Below the pieces are notes generated by a model. That model saw only the letters and a program-made list of their open reading frames with translations, was not told the origin of the DNA and ran no database searches. Shown here piece after piece: positions 21,604 through 29,433 of a stretch of 29,433 nucleotides of DNA. The DNA comes from Octopus sinensis (taxonomy: Eukaryota): the NCBI RefSeq assembly GCF_006345805.1, contig NW_021832939.1, positions 1 through 29,433 on the forward strand, given 5' to 3'. How positions within the stretch are numbered: position 1 is the stretch's first letter; every line of letters starts with the position of its first letter. The position numbers and the translations under genes were made by a program.

Positions 21604-21732
21604 ACATATACACACACAGGTACACATATATACATGAATGCATATATATATATATATATATATTTTAACAACATCATGCACGCACACATATATATATATA
21701 TATATATACTATTTATATATATATCTATATAT

Positions 21733-21774
<42 letters not shown>

Positions 21775-21776
<2 letters not shown>

Positions 21777-22031
21777 CGTTCAGCAAGATTTAGATTCAGA
21801 TGAATATGGTACTTAAGTTAAGGCAACCAGAATTTTGTATGGTATTATCCATATAAATCAAATGGGGTGATTATAATCAAAATAGCAACAAGGATATCCA
21901 AGGTAGAGTAGTACAATTGTTTCATGCTACTTCATTATATTAATGAAATATTTTATAAATATTTACAGTGTCTAATAAAATGAAGTAGCATGAAACAATT
22001 GTACTACTCTACCTTGGATATCCTTGTTGCT
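21775..22031 (-). mobile_element. Probable Penelope-like fragment with a perfect 53-bp inverted repeat, between (TA)n tracts
   Basis: Arms 21884-21936 and 21979-22031 are exact reverse complements and contain GAAA-CAATTG-TA (palindromic helix III and GUA triplet). The 5' core is degraded (CTAATAA). Confidence 0.5.
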
Positions 22032-22101
22032 TATTTGTATATATATATATTATATATATATATTATATATGTGTATGTATGTATAAGTTATGTATATATT
22101 A

Positions 22102-22400
22102 GCGCAGGCATGGCTGTGTGGTACGAAGCTTGCTTCCCAACCACATAGTCCTGGGTTTACTCTCACTGCGTGATCCTATCGGGCCGGCCAGTTCTTGAGC
22201 GTGGGTTTGGTAGAAGGAAAATAAAAGAAGCCCGTGCTCTATAATATATATATATACGTGTTCGTGTTCGTGTGTGTATGCGTGTGTGTTCGTGTGTGTC
22301 TTTGTGCCTGTGATTGTCCCCCATCATTCCTCTGACATTTCAAGGCGGTGCTCCCACATGGCTGCAGTCAAATGACTGAAACCAGAAAGAGAATAATAGA
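22102..22400 (+). mobile_element. SINE-B with internal deletions
   Basis: Head ggcatggctgtgtggta..; internal TA/TG tract; tail aaggcggtgctcc.catggctgcagtcaaatgactgaaac. Confidence 0.8.
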
Positions 22401-22492
<92 letters not shown>

Positions 22493-22596
22493 GTATGTAT
22501 GTATGTATGTATGATGGTAATGATCCTCTTAATAGTGGTTGCATTGGGGCTGAGCTGTTAGCAGTTGCCGTGGTGTTGTGGTCTGTTGGTGGTGAT

Positions 22597-22649
<53 letters not shown>

Positions 22650-22766
22650 TGATGATGATGGTGGTGGTGGTGGTGGTGGTGGTGGTGGTGGTAGTGGTGT
22701 GGTGGTGGTGGTGTGGGGTGGTGGTGGTGGTGGTGGTGGTGGGCTAGTGCTGCTGCTGCTGCTGCT
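22597..22766. repeat. (GAT)n-(GGT)n-(GCT)n trinucleotide array
   Basis: Directly visible. Confidence 0.95.
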
Positions 22767-22982
22767 GAAGATAGTACTGTTAAAGATGCTGCTAATGGTG
22801 AGATCGATAACATAGTTAATGGTCGATTTAATTGACTGCATTTCCTCTCCCCTCCTACTCCTCTTCATCCTTCTCCTCCTCCTAAACCTCCCTCAATAAT
22901 TGCGGTATTTTGTTACTTTCTTTTACATTCAGAGTTCAAATCAATGCGTGTGAGTATATATGTGTGTGTATGTGTATACATT

Positions 22983-23014
<32 letters not shown>

Positions 23015-23102
23015 TTATATATATATATATATTATATATATATATATATACTATATGAATCTATATGTAAGTATTTAAATGTATACGTATATATAACTAT
23101 GT

Positions 23103-23136
<34 letters not shown>

Positions 23137-23431
23137 ATATATGCTTAAACATACGTATATACATAATACATTTATATACTCCTACGAAATACCAAAACAT
23201 ATACGCGCTGGTATATGTATGTAAATGTGGATGTATACAGGTGTATGGGCATACATCTCTCTCTCTTTCTACATATATATATATATATATATATTTGTGA
23301 GTTTGTGTGGTGTGTGTGAGTATAGGTGTGTGTTTGAATACACACATACACATAAGGAGTGGTTGTGTGAGAGCAGTTATTATGTAGTGTGGAAGGATGG
23401 AGGTAGAAACAGGACAAAGAGATAGGGACAG

Positions 23432-23480
<49 letters not shown>

Positions 23481-23649
23481 TTTAGCTGTGCACATATATG
23501 TAATATTACTGATAATCAATATTCCGATATACGAAATTATGGTCTATATACGCTATTAAAATTGATGCACACTATTATAATGTAGTTGTGTGTATAGACA
23601 AATAGTTAACTGTTCTGAAGAGACAATTTATATCATCTTTTATTTTCCT

Positions 23650-24035
23650 GTCTTAATACTTGTTTTGGTCATTGGACGGCGGCCTAGGAGAATATTTTAG
23701 TCGAATTAATCGACCCAATGACTAATTATTTTTAAAGCCTAATATTTATTCTATTGATCTCTTCTGTCGAACCGCTGATATACGACGGTGTAAATGCATC
23801 AACACCGGTTGACAAGCAGTGGTGGAGAACAAACAGAGCCATATACAAACACACACATAGATATATACATGTATCCGACGGGCTGCTTTCAGTTTCCATC
23901 TACCAACTCTACTCATAAGGTTTTGATAAGGCCGAGGCGATAGTAGTAGGCACTTACCCAAGGTGTCACGCAGTAGGACTGAACCCAGAACCATGTGGTT
24001 GGTAAGTAAGCTTCTTAGCACACAACCAAGCCTGC
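23650..24035 (-). mobile_element. Older SINE-B copy
   Basis: Colinear with 11785-12204 but more diverged. Confidence 0.8.
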
Positions 24036-24113
24036 GCATATATTCAAGAAAATATTATACTAACGTGATTTGTGTACAAGTACATACATATATGCATACA
24101 TACACAACTATGC

Positions 24114-24161
<48 letters not shown>

Positions 24162-24165
<4 letters not shown>

Positions 24166-25037
24166 GTTGTCCGGAAAGTTCGTGCCGATTTATAGTTTCG
24201 ACTTACCTTAGAACATGGTTGAGTCCATAAAATAGGATTTGACTACGCATCGATTTAGAGCACAATTTAATCTATATTTTCGTGGAAGAAGGTTTATATT
24301 CCTATAACCTGTGTTAATTCTGTGACACTTTAAAATGGAAGATAAGAAAGTTCATCTTCGGCACTTGATGCTTTTCTTTTTTCGTAAAGGGAAAAATGCC
24401 TCACAAGCAACCAAAGAAATATGCGCAGTTTGCGGTGATGTTTCTTTATCGGAAAGAACTGTACGGAAGTGGTTCGCAAGGTTCCGAGCTGGAGATTGTA
24501 GCCTTAATGATAAAGAGCGATCAGGCAGACCATCCACTACAGATGATGACCAAATCAAGCCATTAATTGAGAATAACCCACATTGCACAACCCGAGAATT
24601 GGCAGAAAGCTTCAACCTATCTAAAAATCCGTCGTTCATGAGCAACTGGCAAAGCTTGGGTACACAAATTGTTACGATGTTTGCGTACCACATGAGTTGA
24701 GTAAGAAAAAACCTTTTTGGATCGCATTTCCATCTGTTATTCGCTTTATAAACGGAATGGAAACGCGCCTATTTTTAAAGCAAATTGTGACAGGTATTAA
24801 GAAATGGATTATCTACCGAATTGTTCAGAGAAAGCGATCCTGGAGTAAGCGACATGAGCCACCCTTAGCCATCCCAAAAGCGGGTCTTCACCCTAAAAAT
24901 GTCTTGCTTCGTGTGGTGAGATTGGAAAGGAACTCTGTACTATGACCTTCTCCCATGTAACCAGACAATTAATTCTGAGAAATACTGCACACAACTGGAC
25001 GAGTTAAAAGCAGCAATTCAAGAGAAACTGGGTCAAT
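24162..25037 (+). mobile_element. 3'-truncated mariner DNA transposon
   Basis: Left TIR ttgggttgtccggaaagttcgtgccgattt after TA in (TA)n; transposase ATG at 24335; sequence lost after the ..KAAIQEK region; no right TIR in the window. Confidence 0.92.
24335..25037 (+). pseudogene. mariner transposase pseudogene (HTH domain plus N-terminal half of the DD34D domain)
   Basis: MEDKKVHLRHLMLFFFRKGKNASQA..KWFARFRAGD..ERSGRP; then in shifted frames CVPHEL (WVPHEL motif), IVTGIKKW (TGDEKW with the catalytic Asp lost), KAGLHPK, DWKG..YDLLP.NQTINSEKY. Several frameshifts and a stop. Confidence 0.9.
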
Positions 25038-25253
25038 TTTGTATTTTGGTTTCAATAGAATAAATAGTAGTTATCTTTGGGGTTCGACGTATTCCGCTAG
25101 CCTCCTCCTCCTCTCCCAAAATTTCAAGTCTTGTGCTCATGGTAGACAGAATTATTATTACAAATACTTAGCTTAATGTTTCGAAACGCTTAACTGGAGT
25201 TTTAGAGGTACGGATTCGATCCTCTCTAGAAACTTCTTATGAAAATTTTTAAA

Positions 25254-26290
25254 AGCGGTGAGCTGTCAGAATCGTTAGCACACCGGGCAGAGTACTTGGC
25301 GGTATTTCGCACGTCTCATTTTCTGAGTTCAAATTCTGCCGAGGGAACATTTCCTTTTATCCTTTCAGGGTTGATAAAAATAAGTATCTTCTGAGTACTA
25401 GGGTCGATGTAATCGACTATCCCAAATTTCATGGCATTATGCCTATGAAAGAAAGGATTACTAGAAGGGTGTTTCAGCTGGCAGAATGTTTAGCGCCATT
25501 TTTCCGCAAATTTAGGGTCTGGACTTTACACGAGGTCATCTTTAAATTTCATCCTTTTGGGTTTCATAAAATAAAGACGATTAACGAACTAGGGTCGATG
25601 TAATTGACTAGTTTGCCCCCTAAAATTTTCGGGGCTGATCCCTATAGTTGGTGAAGGCCGGGAGCTGACAGAATAGTTAACACTCCGGAAAAAATGCTTT
25701 GTGGTATTTCGACCGTCTTTACGTTCTGAGTTGAAAATCTACCGAGATCGACTTTGTCTTTCATCATTGCACCGAAAAGAAAATAAACACCAGTTGAGCA
25801 CTGGGGTCAATGTAATCGATTTAATCCTCGCCTAGAATTGACGGTCTTTGGCCAAAATTTGAAACCATCATTATTATTATTAAGACAGCAAGATAGCAGA
25901 ATCGTTATCGTGTCGCATTTGGTTGGACTTTTTATGTTCTGGGTTCAAATCCAGGTGGGGTCGACTTTGCATTTCATCCTTTCAGGGTCGATAAATTAAG
26001 TACCAATGAAACAGTGGGATCGATATAATTGACCAGTCCCCTCCCCTCAAATCTGAGGCCTTGAGCCTTTAGTAGAAAGGATTTTAATAAAGGTGGCACG
26101 CCGGGCAAAATATTTGACGGCATTTCATCCTTCTTCGTGTTCTGAGTTCAAATGCCACTGAGGTCAATAGCCAACTTTGCCCCTCTCACCATTTTGTGAT
26201 CAACAAAATATATACCAGTCAACTAATGGGGTCGGTCTAATTAACTAGCAATTTCCTCCAAATTTTCTAACTTTTTGCCCGTGTGAAAAA
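25254..26290 (+). mobile_element. Head-to-tail array of five diverged SINE-C-family copies
   Basis: Units at about 25254, 25467, 25655, 25882 and 26090, most with recognisable gctg.cagaa..gttag, ttctgagttcaaat, tttcatcctt and ggggtcgatgtaatcgact blocks; an extra tail fragment lies at about 25065-25160. Confidence 0.8.
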
Positions 26291-26714
26291 AATCATCTCG
26301 CAAACGGCTGATTGTTTTCAGTTCTATTTTGACAAATACATGACTGCGCATGCGTCTGTATTGTTAGGACAAAACCAAAGAACAACTCCTGAGAGATGCG
26401 ATCAATTGTTTATCTTCCTCCTCCTCCTCACAAACACACACACAATTGTAAAAATATGCAATGTAGATGTAAATAAATAAAAGATATTGATAATATAATT
26501 ATTGATTGCTTTCCAGAATGTTCTGTGCTTCGTATTCGAAATACACACTGCGCTTTTCCCCTCCAACAGAGCATTTATTCCTGCGAAAAATGCGTAGATC
26601 TCCGTTTACGCATACATCGAACAGTGCAGGAATATACAACCAACGATACACATGCGCATGTGCTGTATTGTCTGTTTGTATATGTTGCCTAGTGTATAGA
26701 TATGTGTGCGCGAT

Positions 26715-26782
26715 TCTGGGAGTGCGAGTGTGTGTGTGCGCGTATGTATAACTATACTGCTCTCTCTCTCTCTCTCTCTCTC

Positions 26783-26840
<58 letters not shown>

Positions 26841-26948
26841 TATTATCCGATTAATATAATGTATTTGTACGCGCAAGGAAACAAACACACGCACATACGA
26901 ATATATATTTTATATAAATATATACTATATATATATATATATTATATA

Positions 26949-26992
<44 letters not shown>

Positions 26993-27133
26993 TATGCATG
27001 TATATATATATATATGCATGTATATATACGTATTGCCATATATATTGCATACATGTATTACATATAATATTTGCGAGCGTATGCATGGTGTAATGGATAT
27101 ATAGGTAAGCAAAATTCGTATGTATATATATAT

Positions 27134-27169
<36 letters not shown>

Positions 27170-27530
27170 CAATTACATACACGTGTCGGTATAAAGATGA
27201 TATATAATATGTATTTAATTATACACATGTATGTATGTATGTATAAACCTGTCTGCACACATGGGTGTGTGTGTGTTTGTGCGTCTGTGTGCGTGTATGT
27301 GTGTGTGCGTATGTGTGTACGTGCGCGTTTGCCTTGGTGTACTGGAATTATTAGGTACGTTTCCTGTATTTTTTTTCTCTCGGAAATATTGGAAAATATT
27401 TTCTTATTAATAAAATACACTAAACTTCGTGTGTGTGTATATATATATATATATATTATGTGTGTGTGTGTGTATGCAAACACACCGCCATACGTATATA
27501 TATATGCACGTGTGTGTTTGATTATATGTG
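26715..27530. repeat. Compound (GT)n/(CT)n/(AT)n low-complexity region
   Basis: Directly visible. Confidence 0.9.
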
Positions 27531-27826
27531 TGTGTAACCACAGAATGTAATATGAGTAAATACGAAATATATTGAAATAAAGAATTTCTTTATTTTCTTC
27601 ATATTTTTCATGTTTTTTTCTATATTTTATTACTTCATTTACTATTTCAATTACTTGTTTCTGCTTTTCGGTGTGTAGTTTGGCTTTTTTTTGTTTTTTT
27701 TTTTTTATTCTCCATTGTATTTCGTTTTGTTTAAAAATAGCGCCGACAAGATATGTGATGTAATGAAAACGTGAATTTACTTTGATTAATAGCAGTAATC
27801 TTTGTGGGGTTTGATATATATATTAT

Positions 27827-27906
<80 letters not shown>

Positions 27907-27983
27907 TATATATATTTTAAATACCGATCTTATCAGATGGCCAACATGGGAATGAAGACCTTTCAAAGGCAATAATTATTTAA

Positions 27984-28145
27984 AATTGTAATTTAAGGTA
28001 TCTAAGAGATACCACCATGCTGGAAATAGCACTCAAAACGTGACTCTAACATCACATTAAATGTACATTTAATGTGGTTTTAGCGTCACGTTTTGATTGC
28101 TATTTCCAGCGTGGTGGTGTCTCTTAGATACCCTAAATCATAATT
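27984..28145. repeat. 162-bp spacerless imperfect palindrome
   Basis: Symmetric about GT|AC at 28064/28065 (cacattaaatgt|acatttaatgtg); the arms pair out to 27984/28145 with scattered mismatches. Confidence 0.9.
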
Positions 28146-28158
28146 TATATATTATATA

Positions 28159-28340
28159 TTTATATATAGAGGGCATTATTATACATACATGCCACACGCT
28201 AAGAGGGACATTAGTCATTTCTACCAAAAATTTTACTAATCCTACCAAATGCAATTCTTCAAAGCAAGACATTTAAAAAATTAAGTCTTGTATCACTTAG
28301 CGTGTGGCATGTATGTATAATAATGCCCTCTATATATAAA
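28159..28340. repeat. Element with perfect 45-bp inverted termini and a 92-bp spacer
   Basis: tttatatatagagggcattattatacatacatgccacacgctaag (28159-28203) is the exact reverse complement of 28296-28340. Confidence 0.9.
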
Positions 28341-28461
28341 TTAATATGTTCAATAAGAAAGAATTATTTTCGAAATTTTTTCTCTTATGAGGTTTTTCAC
28401 GCTATCTACCTGATAATTTCTTGTTAAGTTTCCTTATTAAGAGGTTATCCTTAATTGTTAA

Positions 28462-28518
<57 letters not shown>

Positions 28519-28752
28519 AACACACAGGATTGTGCAATAGTCATCCGACAGTAAATCAAAATTACGAAAATACTATCTGTAATTCCGTATTGGCTCAAAT
28601 GAATAGTGCGTCACTCAAGAAGGACTTCAGTTTAAACAATTCCCATGATGTTTCATATTTACATGCCATTATTTTATTCATTCTTCTCTTAAACATAAAT
28701 AAAGCTTGGAATTAGATGGTTTTTATTTACTGCCAGGTGACGTTTGGCCAAC

Positions 28753-28846
28753 CATACATACATACATACATACACACATACATACACACACACATACATA
28801 CATACATACATACATACATACATACATACATACATACATACATACA

Positions 28847-28876
<30 letters not shown>
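28753..28876. repeat. (ATAC)n microsatellite
   Basis: Directly visible. Confidence 0.97.
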
Positions 28877-28879
<3 letters not shown>

Positions 28880-29069
28880 GAAAGAATGGAGCTGAACGAC
28901 GATTTAACAAAATTCCTTTATTTTCGACATATGTTTCGAAGGCTGCATATTCCTAATTGCGAAGGAATAAGGAGTACATTATACCGCTTTCTCATCAGGA
29001 AAAGCAAGGAACTTATGTCAACATCAAAATGCACAAAAAACTTTTAGATGATTGCTCACACGGATTGCT

Positions 29070-29221
29070 CATACATACATACATACATACATACATACAT
29101 ACATACATGCATACATACATACATACATACATACATACATACATACATACATACATACATACGTACATACATACATACATACATACATACATACATGCAT
29201 GCATGCATACATGCATACATA
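29070..29221. repeat. (ATAC)n microsatellite
   Basis: Directly visible. Confidence 0.97.
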
Positions 29222-29250
29222 GTCACATGTATATGTATCGTTTTATGTTC

Positions 29251-29433
29251 GTGCTGTATTTCTCCCCCACCATCACTGGATAATCATTGTTTGTTTGTTC
29301 ACGTCACAGTCCAGTGGTTTGGTGTTAGAGAGACCGCTAGAATAAGTGCCAGACAAAAAATATAAATTCAGGGTTCGATTTGTTTTATTAAATCCTTTTA
29401 ACTCGATGCTCCAGCATGGCTGCAGTTCTATTA
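29251..29433 (+). mobile_element. Degenerate SINE-B tail running off the window end
   Basis: agagaccgctagaataagt..gggttcgatttg..gatgctccagcatggctgcagt resembles 6755-6845. Confidence 0.6.

Noticed and set aside
22368-22868. Poly-Ser/Pro/His ORF resembling a transcription-factor low-complexity region
   Set aside because: Derived from the (GAT)/(GGT)/(GCT) arrays and runs into (AT)n.
25195-25235. Hairpin with B-box-like GGATTCGATCC
   Set aside because: No A-box or tRNA arms; at most a SINE remnant.
26345-26354. NRF1-like TGCGCATGCG
   Set aside because: Single short motif; GC/AT alternations are common here (similar at 26653) and there is no CpG-rich promoter context.

Overview
Eukaryotic, very AT-rich, microsatellite-saturated non-coding DNA whose repeat landscape looks like an Octopus (coleoid cephalopod) genome; the species call is my pattern recognition, not a database match. 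I recognise no intact host gene, and almost all ORF-track entries are translations of (AT)n/(GT)n/(ATAC)n/(GATA)n/(GGAT)n tracts. Supported content: (1) about 25 copies or fragments of four tRNA-derived SINE types (my labels A-D), some with exact target-site duplications, one nested in another, one with a triplicated 100-bp tail, and a head-to-tail array of five; (2) DNA transposons: two hAT-type MITEs, a pogo/Tigger-type MITE, a mariner MITE, a 3'-truncated dead mariner transposase and a Helitron helicase C-terminal fragment; (3) a decayed exon-like reading frame of about 198 codons (4451-5344) broken by two compensating indels, a hAT MITE and a stop; (4) most interesting, six segments that fold by eye as type I hammerhead ribozymes of the Penelope-like-element kind. 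These have different helix sequences and mostly abut microsatellites. One (10164-10214, minus strand) has an intact core and sits in an 82-bp fold-back with a mutated twin. Many indels fall in homopolymer or microsatellite runs, so some may be assembly errors.
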